A stretch of 64,000 nucleotides of DNA. It comes from an uncultured bacterium. Lineage in GTDB: Bacteria > Patescibacteriota > Minisyncoccia > Phycocordibacterales > PALSA-1337. The stretch covers positions 16,677-80,676 of the forward strand of contig CAWKMY010000004.1 in NCBI GenBank assembly GCA_963851055.1, read 5' to 3'. Shown here piece by piece: positions 45,171 to 54,755 of this stretch. The notes under the pieces are model-generated. The model was not told where the DNA came from and did no database searches. It saw only the letters and a program-made list of their open reading frames with translations. The stretch's first letter is position 1. Each line of letters opens with the position of its first letter. Made by a program: the position numbers and the translations under genes.

Positions 45171-45770
45171 TTAATGCCTATTTTGCAACGCATTCTTAAT
45201 CGTCTCCCCATCCGCATATTCAAGCTCAGCTCCGGTTGAGAGGCCGCGTCCAAGTATAGTCACTTTACCTAAGTAAAGCGGTGCCTTCAGAGCATCTTTA
45301 ACGATATCCGCCGTATGCTCGCCATCCGGTGTTGTATTCAGAGAAAGGATGACCTCTTTTGACGCAGACTTTTGCACGCGCTCGAGCAAAGCTTTGAGCC
45401 TGATCCTCTTGTCAGGCTCTTTGTCGAGAATAGGAACGGTGCCGCCCAAGATGAAATACAAGCCTTTGTAAGCGGCGCTCTTCTCTATGGATTCAAAATC
45501 AGAATCGCGGGCCACGACCATGAGGGTCGATGAATCGCGCGACTTGTCGGCGCAGACTGAGCATATATGGGCTTTTGAGCTATTGATGAACAGACGGTGG
45601 CACTGTGGGCACTCGGAGCTAGACTTCTTGACCTCTTCGATGAGGCTCGTAAATTCCTTGATGAAAGCTGGCGGCTTGCCGAGTAGATAATAGGCGAAAC
45701 GGCGAGCCTGCCTCGGCCCGATGCCGGGGAAGTGGGCGAATATCTCTTCGAGTCGTCGGAGGCTGTCCAT
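45171..45770 (-). CDS. recR: recombination protein RecR
   Basis: FPGIGPRQARRFAYYLL, a CPQC..C..C zinc finger and a Toprim region. The start is at MDSLRRL, with a TATACT box 7 nt upstream. Confidence 0.9.
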   Translation of the reverse strand: MDSLRRLEEIFAHFPGIGPRQARRFAYYLLGKPPAFIKEFTSLIEEVKKSSSECPQCHRLFINSSKAHICSVCADKSRDSSTLMVVARDSDFESIEKSAAYKGLYFILGGTVPILDKEPDKRIRLKALLERVQKSASKEVILSLNTTPDGEHTADIVKDALKAPLYLGKVTILGRGLSTGAELEYADGETIKNALQNRH

Positions 45771-45800
45771 GGGGGTAAGTATAAAGTATAATTGGAAATT

Positions 45801-46451
45801 ATGGCAGTCATATATTGTTTTGGGGATAGCATCACTTATGGGGCTTGGGATATACAAGGTGGAGGATGGACTACAATGTTACGGAAATATCTGGATGATA
45901 AGCAGGAGAAAGACGATGATCTTTATTACTTAACCTATAATTTGGGTATACCAGGTGAGAACACGGACGGTTTTTTAAAGAGATTTGAGTTAGAACTCGT
46001 GGCGCGCTCACTAGCTGGTCGTGGCCCAACTGGGCCGGGAGAATCCGTATTCATTTTCGCTTTTGGTGCGAATGACTACGTTTATATTCCCGCTACGAAA
46101 GAATTTGTAATTCCACAAGAAAGATTCGTTGCTAATATGCAACGCGCTATCGATATCGCAAAAAAAGTTTCTACAAAGATAATACTTTTGGATATCACGC
46201 CGGCTGATGAGGCTATTTGTATGAAAAAATATGGCGATAGAAAATTGAGGCTGAATAAGAATGTTGAAACCTACAACTCGCTTCTCGCTGATCTAGCGAA
46301 AAAGAACAGTCTAGCTTTAGTTGATGTTTATTCTGAATACTTGGCCAACGATTACAAAAAGATTTTATCTGAAGACGGTTTGCACCCAAATGATAAAGGG
46401 CATCAACTCATTTTTGAGAAAGTGAAAATAGCACTCGAAAAGCTTTTTTGA
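45801..46451 (+). CDS. SGNH/GDSL hydrolase
   Basis: CFGDSITYG, FGANDY and DGLHPN blocks. TATAAT (45787-45792) lies 8 nt before the ATG. Confidence 0.8.
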   Translation: MAVIYCFGDSITYGAWDIQGGGWTTMLRKYLDDKQEKDDDLYYLTYNLGIPGENTDGFLKRFELELVARSLAGRGPTGPGESVFIFAFGANDYVYIPATKEFVIPQERFVANMQRAIDIAKKVSTKIILLDITPADEAICMKKYGDRKLRLNKNVETYNSLLADLAKKNSLALVDVYSEYLANDYKKILSEDGLHPNDKGHQLIFEKVKIALEKLF

Positions 46452-46454
46452 TTT

Positions 46455-47861
46455 CTACTGTCCCTCCTTATCAAAATCCCCAAACTCGCCTTTATCCATA
46501 GAGATGAAGGTCGTCTTCTTCGAATCAAAGTAGAGCTTGGCCATGCCGGTAGGACCATTGCGATGCTTCTCGATCAATATCTCGGTCTCTTCGCGGCGAC
46601 CGCCTTGATCGGAGTCGGCTTCGCGGTGGATGAACATGACAACGTCAGCATCTTGTTCGATAGAACCGGAATCGCGCAAGTCTGACAGTCGAGGCTTGCC
46701 ACCACGCTGTTCGACGGCGCGAGAGAGTTGAGACAGAGCCAAGACTGGCACTTCGAGCTCGCGGGCAAGATGTTTCAAAGAGCGTGAAATTTCGGTGACC
46801 TGCTGAACTAGGTTGTCGCCGTACTTATTGGCATTGGTCGGCACCATGAGCTGGAGGTAGTCGACGATGATGAGGCCTAGCTTGTGCTCGCTCTTGAGGC
46901 GGCGAGCCACGGCGCGGATTTTGAGGATATTATTTCCAGGGCTATCATCTATGAATATAGGAGCTTCAGACAGGCGAGCAATGGCGTCGCCAATGGATTT
47001 GAAGTCATTTTCTATGGAAAGGTTATGACCAGTCCTGATCTTCCAAGAGTCGACTTGGGATTCGGCTGCCAACATGCGGTCTACGAGCTGTTGGGAGCTC
47101 ATTTCTAGAGAGAATATAGCCACAGGTATCTTGTTCTGAATGGCTGTCTTACGTGCTATGTCGAGCGCTAGGGAAGTTTTACCCATGGAAGGCCTGGCGG
47201 CGAGAATGATGAGGTCTGATTTCTGGAAACCGGCGAGCTTATTATCCAGCTCGGCGAAACCTGTCGGCACGCCGCGCAATTCGTGGCGAGTACTATGCAT
47301 GTGTTCTATGCGCTCGTATGCAGGCTGGAGAAGCTCTTTAATAGCCTCGAACTTACTTGATCCAGTTTTATTCGTGACTGTATAAAGTGCCTTCTCTGCT
47401 TTTTCTAGAATGTCGTGGAGGTCAGCTTCTTCATCGTAGCCGAGGCCCTGGATTTCTTCGGCGGCCTTGAGAAGCTCGCGCATGACATGCTTGTTTTCTA
47501 CGAGGTCGGCGTAGTGAACGGCATTCGCCGAAGATGGCACTACGTTTATTATTTCGGAGAGATATGCCATACCGCCAGTGTCTTCTAGTACGCCTTTTTC
47601 CTTGAGACGTGATGATACGGACAATATGTCTATAGGGGTGCCTTTGCCGTGGAATTCGAAAAGGACTGACCAGATGGCGCGGTTCTGATTGGAATAGAAT
47701 GAGCGTTCATTCACCAAGTCTATGATCTCGTGCATGACTTCCGGACGTATCATTACTGAACCGAGCAGAGCTTTCTCCGCCTCGATGGAGTGAGGAGGTA
47801 TCTTCAGGTCGCGGGCTTTTAGATATGGTGAGGTGGTAGCCATGTTTTTTGATAAGGCCAT
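46455..47861 (-). CDS. dnaB: replicative DNA helicase DnaB
   Basis: PPHSIEAEKALLGS, ARPSMGKTS (Walker A), IIVDYLQLM and SGSIEQDADV. Confidence 0.9.
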   Translation of the reverse strand: MALSKNMATTSPYLKARDLKIPPHSIEAEKALLGSVMIRPEVMHEIIDLVNERSFYSNQNRAIWSVLFEFHGKGTPIDILSVSSRLKEKGVLEDTGGMAYLSEIINVVPSSANAVHYADLVENKHVMRELLKAAEEIQGLGYDEEADLHDILEKAEKALYTVTNKTGSSKFEAIKELLQPAYERIEHMHSTRHELRGVPTGFAELDNKLAGFQKSDLIILAARPSMGKTSLALDIARKTAIQNKIPVAIFSLEMSSQQLVDRMLAAESQVDSWKIRTGHNLSIENDFKSIGDAIARLSEAPIFIDDSPGNNILKIRAVARRLKSEHKLGLIIVDYLQLMVPTNANKYGDNLVQQVTEISRSLKHLARELEVPVLALSQLSRAVEQRGGKPRLSDLRDSGSIEQDADVVMFIHREADSDQGGRREETEILIEKHRNGPTGMAKLYFDSKKTTFISMDKGEFGDFDKEGQ

Positions 47862-47935
47862 TTTAGCACGCAGTTTAAATAGGCAAACATTTAAAATAGG
47901 TCAAAAAAGGGGATATGGTGTGAATAAATAATTTC

Positions 47936-47944
47936 TGTTAGGAT
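47936..47944 (+). promoter_or_regulatory. extended -10-like box TGTTAGGAT, 6 nt before ATG 47951
   Basis: tgtTAGGATagggttATG. Confidence 0.35.
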
Positions 47945-47950
47945 AGGGTT

Positions 47951-48634
47951 ATGATAATCACATTCCTCGGCGGCGAATCATTTAAGATCTCATTCGGCGA
48001 TACCACGTTGGCCTTTAACCCGATTTCCAAAGAGTCCAAACTTACAGCCGCCAAATTCGGCGCGGATATAGTCTTGTCAACGTTGAACCATTCTGATATG
48101 AACGGGATCGATCAAGTTTCATTTGGCGAGAAGAAAGCCTTTGCCATCACCGGTCCGGGCGAATATGAGGTCAAAGGAGTTTTCATAAAAGGTTTTGGAT
48201 CAGAATCTCACTATGATGGTTCCGGTAAGGCCGGCTCGTTCGGCTCGTCCGGCTCTGGAAAAGCTGACGCGGAAAAGGGAATTAACACTATTTACTCCGT
48301 CGCGCTCGAAGGTATGAATATTTGTTTCCTTGGTGCTATCGATCAAACGGAAATGCCGAAAGATGCCGACGAAGGTATAGATGCTGTGGATATCTTATTT
48401 GTGCCTATCGGTGGTGGTGGCGTTCTCGATGCCGCAAAGGCCTATAAACTGGCTGTTTCTCTTGAACCAAAACTCATCATCCCTATGCATTATGGCGACA
48501 TTGGTAGCAAAGAGGCTCTGAAGACATTTCTCAAGGAAGCAGGGGAGAATCCAAAGCCGACGAATAAGTTGACCTTGAAGAAAAAAGATCTCGAAGGCAA
48601 AGATGCAGAGATTGTCGTTCTGGAGAAAGAGTAG
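47951..48634 (+). CDS. MBL-fold hydrolase-like protein (degenerate metal motif)
   Basis: MIITFLGGESFKISFGDTTLAFNP..ADIVLSTLNHSDMNG..LIIPMHYG has a UPF0173-like layout, but the HxHxDH motif is not intact. Confidence 0.55.
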   Translation: MIITFLGGESFKISFGDTTLAFNPISKESKLTAAKFGADIVLSTLNHSDMNGIDQVSFGEKKAFAITGPGEYEVKGVFIKGFGSESHYDGSGKAGSFGSSGSGKADAEKGINTIYSVALEGMNICFLGAIDQTEMPKDADEGIDAVDILFVPIGGGGVLDAAKAYKLAVSLEPKLIIPMHYGDIGSKEALKTFLKEAGENPKPTNKLTLKKKDLEGKDAEIVVLEKE

Positions 48635-48666
48635 TACAATTCACTTATTGGCACTGCTAAATTTCT

Positions 48667-48963
48667 ATGACTTTTCAATCCTATCTAGAAAATCTACGAG
48701 CTAAGTCAGATGGCGCAAAGAAGCAGATTGCTTTCTGGTCTTCTTTCGGTATAACAGCTGTGATATTCCTGTTTTGGATTGCTTCATTTAGCTCTTTTGG
48801 CAATAGCTCAAAAGCGGCTGTAGCGTCGGCCGTTAATAAGGCATCAGCTCCTTCACAATCACTCGTCGCCAGTGTCGGTGGTTTCTTCGGCGATATCAAG
48901 GATCTATTCTTTGCTCCGCGCAAGGTGACTTATACGGATATACAGGTAAGCCCTGGGAAGTAA
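48667..48963 (+). CDS. hypothetical single-pass membrane protein
   Basis: 98 aa with one TM (FWSSFGITAVIFLFWIASF). Confidence 0.4.
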   Translation: MTFQSYLENLRAKSDGAKKQIAFWSSFGITAVIFLFWIASFSSFGNSSKAAVASAVNKASAPSQSLVASVGGFFGDIKDLFFAPRKVTYTDIQVSPGK

Positions 48964-48996
48964 GGTTAGGCCACCTCGGCGCTTTTGCAGTTTTTA

Positions 48997-49281
48997 TTAT
49001 ATGACAGTTAATTTCAGCCCCAGTCCGGCTGTTATTTTTTGCAAGAAAGAAAGGGTCGGATTGGTTCTGCCGGATTCGAAACGCGCCAGGGCCGATTGGG
49101 CAATGCCAAGTTTTGAGGCTAGTTGTTTTTGAGTGAGTTTCTTCTCTATACGGGCTTTGACGAGGGCGCCATAGATTTTGTATTCAAGCTCGAGGCTATC
49201 GTAAGCTTTCTTTCTTGCTGGATCGGAAAGAAACTCTTTCATGAACTGTTCGTGTGTAGTGAATTGTTCGTGTGTTTTCAT
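48997..49281 (-). CDS. XRE-family HTH antitoxin (HigA-like)
   Basis: LTQKQLASKLGIAQSALARFESGRTNPTLSFLQKI. Confidence 0.75.
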   Translation of the reverse strand: MKTHEQFTTHEQFMKEFLSDPARKKAYDSLELEYKIYGALVKARIEKKLTQKQLASKLGIAQSALARFESGRTNPTLSFLQKITAGLGLKLTVI

Positions 49282-49310
49282 AGTAGTGCCATTATATCAT
49301 ATATGTTATA

Positions 49311-49628
49311 TCAAGCAAGTAGATTAATCTCTTTTTGGATTTGTCTAGCATAATTGATATCCCTGATGTTTATTTTCCAGGCCTTTTTAACAAAACCATG
49401 AATGATCCAAGCTCTGTTTTTATGAAAGATATATAATATTCTCACCTTAACTTTCCCTTGAGTTCTCAATTCAAATAAACCCTTACCCAAACTTTTTGAG
49501 TCTGGCATATCCAATAAATACCCATATTCTCTGAGAAAATTGATAGATTTTGTTGCTCTAGAAGATGTGATGTAATCCAATTCTTCTATAAATTTCTTCA
49601 TTTTTTTGTTCCAATATACTATTTCCAT
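49311..49628 (-). CDS. RelE/ParE-superfamily toxin (HigB / phage Gp49-like)
   Basis: KSLGKGLFELRTQGKVKVRILYIFHKNRAWIIHGFVKK. The toxin gene lies upstream of the antitoxin, as in higBA. Confidence 0.7.
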   Translation of the reverse strand: MEIVYWNKKMKKFIEELDYITSSRATKSINFLREYGYLLDMPDSKSLGKGLFELRTQGKVKVRILYIFHKNRAWIIHGFVKKAWKINIRDINYARQIQKEINLLA

Positions 49629-49735
49629 TCTTGAATCCTATCAGACCGAGATAAAGAAACGCTCAAAAAGTAATCAAAAAACGCCTAAGTTTTTATAAAA
49701 CTTCGCCGAAGATTCGTCCGGGACCTATTTTGTGG
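49629..49735 (-). repeat. conserved upstream element, copy A (core 49650-49688)
   Basis: Minus-strand sense: ..CTTAGGCGTTTTTTGATTACTTTTTGAGCGTTTCTTTATCTCGGTCTGATAGGATTCAAGA-ATG(higB-like). Confidence 0.65.
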
Positions 49736-49736
49736 A

Positions 49737-49772
49737 TAAAAAATCGCGCCAACCGATTAAAGTCAGCGCGTT
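49737..49772 (-). terminator. possible terminator of the 49794-50249 gene
   Basis: On the minus strand, ACGCGC-16 nt-GCGCGA is followed by TTTTTT. Confidence 0.4.
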
Positions 49773-49793
49773 GCGATTGTGGTGGCAGGGAGT

Positions 49794-50249
49794 TCAACTC
49801 CCCAGTTTGCCGAAGTAGAGTTGTCCGGCCTTAGTGAACACCGTGTAGGAGATGTTTGTCCCAACGGTCAATGTTTCCGGTGTCAGGCCGTTGTCGAGCT
49901 TAATGCCGTCCAAGGCGTAGACCTTCTCGTCCTTGTCGTATACGAGAATGCGGTGCTCGGTAATGGTGAAGGCGAGGGGAGTGAAGGTGTGGCCATCGAG
50001 TCCGAAATTGATCGGTGAACCCAATGTTTGCTTCATACCCTCGTTATAACCATTTGTGTGCGCAGGCAAGGCGAAATGCACGGCACCCATAATCCTTATT
50101 GAGACAACTACAAGGAGAGTGGCAAGAATTCTTAGTGCCATTTCCTTTTTGGGCGCCCATGCATAGAGGATTATTGAGCAAAAAACAAATGTAATACAAA
50201 TTATTCCTCCCCAGATACCCCCCCAGAATTCGGGACTAGTTATGTTCAT
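49794..50249 (-). CDS. hypothetical membrane protein
   Basis: 151 aa with two N-terminal TM helices and then a beta-rich domain. Confidence 0.5.
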   Translation of the reverse strand: MNITSPEFWGGIWGGIICITFVFCSIILYAWAPKKEMALRILATLLVVVSIRIMGAVHFALPAHTNGYNEGMKQTLGSPINFGLDGHTFTPLAFTITEHRILVYDKDEKVYALDGIKLDNGLTPETLTVGTNISYTVFTKAGQLYFGKLGS

Positions 50250-50406
50250 AACAATTACTTTTCCAGGTGTATTTCTCTGGACACCTAGTTAGCTTCCTTT
50301 CCAAAAGCCGTTAACCAGTGAGCTTTCAACGAGCTCGTTTATTGACTGCTGAGCCAATCTAATCATACCAATGTAATCATGTCAAGGTGCGCCGCAACCC
50401 AAAATT

Positions 50407-50415
50407 TGCTATAAT
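50407..50415 (+). promoter_or_regulatory. extended -10 box TGCTATAAT upstream of gyrA
   Basis: A 62-nt leader runs to ATG 50478. Confidence 0.4.
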
Positions 50416-50477
50416 TGAGCTACAAAAGTTGATGTTATAGTCGCTTTTTTCTTTTACCAGAGACTCCCAATCCACCC

Positions 50478-52985
50478 ATGCCTAATAAGCGCGATAAAAC
50501 ACAAAATTCCGCCGAATCAGCCCCAGCACGCGCAGAAGGTGCAGGCATCGTTGGCCGCTCTATAACGACCGAGATGCGCGAGTCTTTCCTCGACTATGCT
50601 ATGTCGGTCATCACCGATCGTGCTCTTCCTGATGTTCGTGACGGATTGAAGCCTGTGCACCGCCGCATCCTCTATGCCATGCATGAGGCAGGCCTGACTT
50701 CTTCATCAAAATTCCGCAAGTCTGCAGTGCCAGTCGCCGACACTATGGGTAATTATCACCCGCACGGTGACGTCGCTATTTATGATTCGTTGGTGAAAAT
50801 GGCTCAGCCGTTTACCATGCGTTATCCATTGGTCCAAGGCCAAGGTAACTTCGGTACAGTCGATGGTGATCCACCAGCCGCTATGCGTTATACCGAAGCT
50901 CGCATGGCTCGCATAACAGGCGAAGTTCTTCGTGACATAGACAAAGACACTGTTGATTTCCGCCCGAACTACGATGGCAGCAAAAAAGAGCCGTCAGTTT
51001 TGCCGACAGCTGTGCCGAATCTACTCCTGAATGGGACTCTCGGTATCGCTGTTGGTATGGCCACGAATATTCCTCCGCATAACTTGCGCGAAGTTGTAGA
51101 CGCCACAAACCATCTGATCGACAATCCTGAAGCAACTACCGAAGACCTATTGCAATTCATAAAGGGCCCTGATTTTCCATTGGGAGCGACTATGTATGGC
51201 GAGAAAGATATACATCATGCTTACGCAACTGGCCGCGGCGGTGTCGTCGTGCGTGGTGACGCCGAAATAACTGAGGATAAGAAGGGTCAATACCAGATCA
51301 TCATCACCTCCATTCCATTCCGCGTGAACAAGAGCGAGCTTATCGTCAAGATCGCTGATCTCGTTCGCGAGAAAGTCATAGAAGGCGTCAGGGCTTTGCG
51401 CGATGAATCTGACAAGGATATCCGCATCGTTATAGACTTGAAGCAAGGTTCATTCCCGGAGAAGACCCTCAACCTCATTTACAAGCATACACAGCTCGAG
51501 GAATCGTTCCACATGAATATCGTGGCCCTCGTAGATGGTGTGCCTCATACGCTCGGTCTCAAATCTATCCTCGAAGAATTCGTCAAACATCGCATCACCG
51601 TCATTCGCCGCAGGACCAAGTTCGACCTAGCCGCCGCTGAAGCTCGCGAGCATATATTGCTAGGCTTGAAAAAAGCTCTAGACCATATAGATGAGATCAT
51701 AAAGCTCATTCGTGCTTCCAAGGACGTGGCCGAAGCCAAAGCCGGTCTCATAAAGAAATTCAAATTCAGCGATATACAGGCACAGGCCATATTGGACATG
51801 CGTTTGCAGAAGCTTGCTGGCCTCGAGCGCAAGAAAGTCCTCGATGAGCTCAAAGAAGTTCAGGCTCTTATAGAAGAATTGAAGTCTATTTTGAGCAGTG
51901 AAAAGAAAGTTCGCGGCATCATCAAAACCGAGCTCGCTGATATTCGCGCAAAATATGGCGATGATCGTAGGACAAAGATAATCAAACATGGAGTGAAGGA
52001 ATTCAGCGCTGAAGACCTCATCGCTGATGAAGAGTCGGTGCTCGTTTTGACCAAAGGCGGTTATATCAAGCGTACAGATCCATCCGAATATCGCAAACAG
52101 AAGCGTGGCGGTGTAGGTGTTGTCGACTTGGACACCAAGGAAGAGGATTTCATTTCGCACCTCGTTTTCGCCTCTACTCATAACGACCTTCTATTCTTCA
52201 CGGACAAAGGCAAGGCCTATCAGATAAAAATGTTTGAGATCCCAGAAGGCAAGCGTGCCACAAAAGGCAAATCAATGATGAATTTCCTGTCATTGGCCGA
52301 TGGTGAGCGTGTCACTTCTATTCTTCCAATGCCGAAGAATAAGAAAGAAGCAGAAGGTCTGTCGCTCATGATGGTGACAAAGAATGGTACGGGTAAAAAG
52401 AGTTCAGCCAAGCACTTTAAGGATGTGCGCCGTTCAGGTCTCATTGCAATAACTCTTGATTCAGGCGACGAGCTCATTTCTGCTTCATTCGTGTCAAAGA
52501 ATGATGAGGTTGTAATCGCAACCAAAGAAGGCCAGTCTATCCATTTCAAAGAATCAGACGTACGCGAAATGGGCAGGAATGCTGCAGGTGTTCGTGTAAT
52601 ACGTCTCACTGAAGCTGATGCAAAGAAGAAAATAGCCGCCGACGAAGTTATCTCCGCTGACGTTGTCTCCAAGGACGCCAAGAATCCAGCATTGTTCGTT
52701 ATGGGTGCTCACGGCTATGGAAAGAAAACCTCACTTTCAGAATATAAAGTCCAAGGTCGTGGTGGCTCAGGAATTCTGACCATGAATGTAACGCCAAAGA
52801 CAGGTTCTCTAATGGCTGCCAAGGTTGTTACAGACGATGAGACAGAGATCGTGGCTATGTCCAAGAAGTCTCAGGTTATTCGCGTAGATATTGCAGAAAT
52901 CCCGACTCTCTCACGTGCTACTCAAGGCGTACGAGTCATGAAGCTACGTGATGGGGATGAGTTGGCGAGTTTGATTTGTTTGTAA
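50478..52985 (+). CDS. gyrA: DNA gyrase subunit A
   Basis: [24 protein letters not shown] (catalytic Tyr) and C-terminal beta-pinwheel repeats. 835 aa. Confidence 0.95.
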   Translation: MPNKRDKTQNSAESAPARAEGAGIVGRSITTEMRESFLDYAMSVITDRALPDVRDGLKPVHRRILYAMHEAGLTSSSKFRKSAVPVADTMGNYHPHGDVAIYDSLVKMAQPFTMRYPLVQGQGNFGTVDGDPPAAMRYTEARMARITGEVLRDIDKDTVDFRPNYDGSKKEPSVLPTAVPNLLLNGTLGIAVGMATNIPPHNLREVVDATNHLIDNPEATTEDLLQFIKGPDFPLGATMYGEKDIHHAYATGRGGVVVRGDAEITEDKKGQYQIIITSIPFRVNKSELIVKIADLVREKVIEGVRALRDESDKDIRIVIDLKQGSFPEKTLNLIYKHTQLEESFHMNIVALVDGVPHTLGLKSILEEFVKHRITVIRRRTKFDLAAAEAREHILLGLKKALDHIDEIIKLIRASKDVAEAKAGLIKKFKFSDIQAQAILDMRLQKLAGLERKKVLDELKEVQALIEELKSILSSEKKVRGIIKTELADIRAKYGDDRRTKIIKHGVKEFSAEDLIADEESVLVLTKGGYIKRTDPSEYRKQKRGGVGVVDLDTKEEDFISHLVFASTHNDLLFFTDKGKAYQIKMFEIPEGKRATKGKSMMNFLSLADGERVTSILPMPKNKKEAEGLSLMMVTKNGTGKKSSAKHFKDVRRSGLIAITLDSGDELISASFVSKNDEVVIATKEGQSIHFKESDVREMGRNAAGVRVIRLTEADAKKKIAADEVISADVVSKDAKNPALFVMGAHGYGKKTSLSEYKVQGRGGSGILTMNVTPKTGSLMAAKVVTDDETEIVAMSKKSQVIRVDIAEIPTLSRATQGVRVMKLRDGDELASLICL

Positions 52986-53001
52986 GGTTTTCCTAAAAGT
53001 A

Positions 53002-53451
53002 ATGGTAGATATTCGTAAAAAGGTACTTGAAGTCCTCAACAACACTCATCTTATGAGTTTGGGTACCTATGACGATAAAGGTATTTGGGTAGCTGATGTC
53101 ATCTTTGTATACGACGATGATCTTAATATCTATTGGTTGTCAGCTCCAGACTGTAGACATTCTAAGGCCATTATAAAGAATGCCAAAGCCGCTGGAACTA
53201 TTACCAGTAGCGTTAAGAGTAAGGAACCAAATTTTGGCATTCAATTTGATGGTAAAGCTGAAAGGTTGAGTGGAGCTAGGTTCGATCTGATAATCAAACA
53301 TTGGACAAAAAGAAAACATAAGATTCCTGACATATCCAAGGCTCTTGAGGTTTTGAGTGACGACTGCTGGTACAAACTTGTTCCTGATAGATTTGAATTG
53401 ATTGATGAAGAGAATTTTGGTTTTGACAGACAAGTATTGAAATTATCATAA
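53002..53451 (+). CDS. pyridoxamine 5'-phosphate oxidase-family (split-barrel FMN-binding) protein
   Basis: LNNTHLMSLGTYDDKGIWVADVIFVYDDDLNIYWLS. Confidence 0.7.
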   Translation: MVDIRKKVLEVLNNTHLMSLGTYDDKGIWVADVIFVYDDDLNIYWLSAPDCRHSKAIIKNAKAAGTITSSVKSKEPNFGIQFDGKAERLSGARFDLIIKHWTKRKHKIPDISKALEVLSDDCWYKLVPDRFELIDEENFGFDRQVLKLS

Positions 53452-53617
53452 ACACAAAACCCGCCGAAGCGAGTCGCACCAAGCTGTTGACAATTTTCAG
53501 GAGAGGGGAGTATCATTACAGCATTGAAAATCTGAAGACTGGAAAATCGCCCCCCAGCGCTCGTCCGACGGACGGGGCACGCATGAGGGAACATGGGCGT
53601 CCCTCCAGAAGTGAGCA

Positions 53618-54055
53618 TCAGGCGGTTGGAAATTTATCCAGCCGCCTTTGCTCTTTCTGGTCAATGCGATATACGGTATTTATCTCCGTTTTGCCACTCT
53701 CGACGCGTTTTATTTCGATGACTATTAGATGAGCCGGTCTCTCTGCGATGAATAAGTATTTGTTTGAAGATCTTCTATCTTTGGCTATTCTTACCGGATT
53801 AAGTAGATTACCGGGAAGCTGATGGAATATTTCATCAGTTATTTCCGGATGGCCATCCAATCTCGGTATACGCCCCTTGATTTTAGCTACAATGAATTCA
53901 GAGATATGAATGCGATCGTCTCCAATGATTCTAGATATCTCGGATTCAAGAATGACAATAGGTTCGGGTATTCTCGAGAATATACCCGTGAGATTAGAAT
54001 TTACCCTTATGATAATGTCTCGAATATCTGATAATGATTGAAAATTATTTGGCAT
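53618..54055 (-). CDS. hypothetical protein (possibly a barnase/EndoU/RelE-like nuclease fold; weak)
   Basis: 145 aa. ..LDGHPEITDEIFHQLPGNLLNPVRIAKDRRSSNKYLFIAE..LIVIEIKR recalls PBECR-type domains by eye only. Confidence 0.45.
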   Translation of the reverse strand: MPNNFQSLSDIRDIIIRVNSNLTGIFSRIPEPIVILESEISRIIGDDRIHISEFIVAKIKGRIPRLDGHPEITDEIFHQLPGNLLNPVRIAKDRRSSNKYLFIAERPAHLIVIEIKRVESGKTEINTVYRIDQKEQRRLDKFPTA

Positions 54056-54200
54056 CCGTCCACCATATCAGAGCACCGATAAAGAAACGCTCAAAAAGAA
54101 ATCAAAAATAGCCTAAAATCCGATAAAGAAACGCCTAATTTTTGCTCCATGCCTGCCGGCAGGCAGGAAGATTCGCCTAAGATTTGTCCCCATATACCTT
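54056..54200 (-). repeat. conserved upstream element, copy B (core 54078-54116, partial internal duplication)
   Basis: Minus-strand sense: ..TTAGGCTATTTTTGATTTCTTTTTGAGCGTTTCTTTATCGGTGCTCTGATATGGTGGACGG-ATG. It also contains the palindrome CCTGCCGGCAGG (54151-54163). Confidence 0.65.
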
Positions 54201-54221
54201 TATACTTTCATACCTTCATAC

Positions 54222-54230
54222 TGCTATACT
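54222..54230 (+). promoter_or_regulatory. extended -10 box TGCTATACT, 6 nt before ATG 54237
   Basis: tgcTATACTtatcccATG. Confidence 0.4.
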
Positions 54231-54236
54231 TATCCC

Positions 54237-54755
54237 ATGTTCTCCGATCCGTCGGTAAATCTCGCCAAATTTGGGCTTAGCGCCGGCATGAAAGTTGTCG
54301 ACCTGGGCGCCGGTTCCGGCTTCTATAGCATAGCCGCGGCCCGCATAGTCGGTCCGGGTGGGCGTGTATATGCCGTGGATGTCCAGAAGGACCTTTTAGA
54401 CAGGATCCGCGCAAATGGAGCCAGTGAAGGCTTGCGCAATATAGAGGTAGTCTGGGGCAATGCAGAGAAGATTGGTGGCACCAAGTTGCGCGAAGCCATA
54501 GCCGACAGGGTGGTGGCCTCCAATATCCTTTTTCAAATAGAAAAACCTGATGACTTCGCCCTGGAGGTGAAGCGTTTGCTCAAACCCGGCGGTAAAGTCA
54601 TGATCATAGATTGGAGCGAGATATCGCCGATCGGCCCCAAGACCGTCTTTCCATCAATGAAAGCCCAGACCCTATTTGAGAAATCCGGTTTCAAGCTGGA
54701 GCAATCGTTCGGTGCCGGGGATCATCATTACGGCCTGATATTTATACGCTTATGA
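54237..54755 (+). CDS. class I SAM-dependent methyltransferase
   Basis: VVDLGAGSGFYSIAAA..VYAVDV (motifs I/II) and LKPGGKVMIIDW. Confidence 0.8.
   Translation: MFSDPSVNLAKFGLSAGMKVVDLGAGSGFYSIAAARIVGPGGRVYAVDVQKDLLDRIRANGASEGLRNIEVVWGNAEKIGGTKLREAIADRVVASNILFQIEKPDDFALEVKRLLKPGGKVMIIDWSEISPIGPKTVFPSMKAQTLFEKSGFKLEQSFGAGDHHYGLIFIRL

Noticed and set aside
51545-52681. Minus-strand ORFs of 102-167 aa inside gyrA
   Set aside because: They are antisense to a full-length, motif-complete GyrA, and no motifs were recognised.
53452-53617. SRP (4.5S) RNA or another housekeeping ncRNA in the structured gap
   Set aside because: I found no GGAA/GNRA-capped helix-8 motif with the AGCAGC-type asymmetric loop, and no RNase P or tmRNA signature. 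It is kept only as a generic sRNA candidate.
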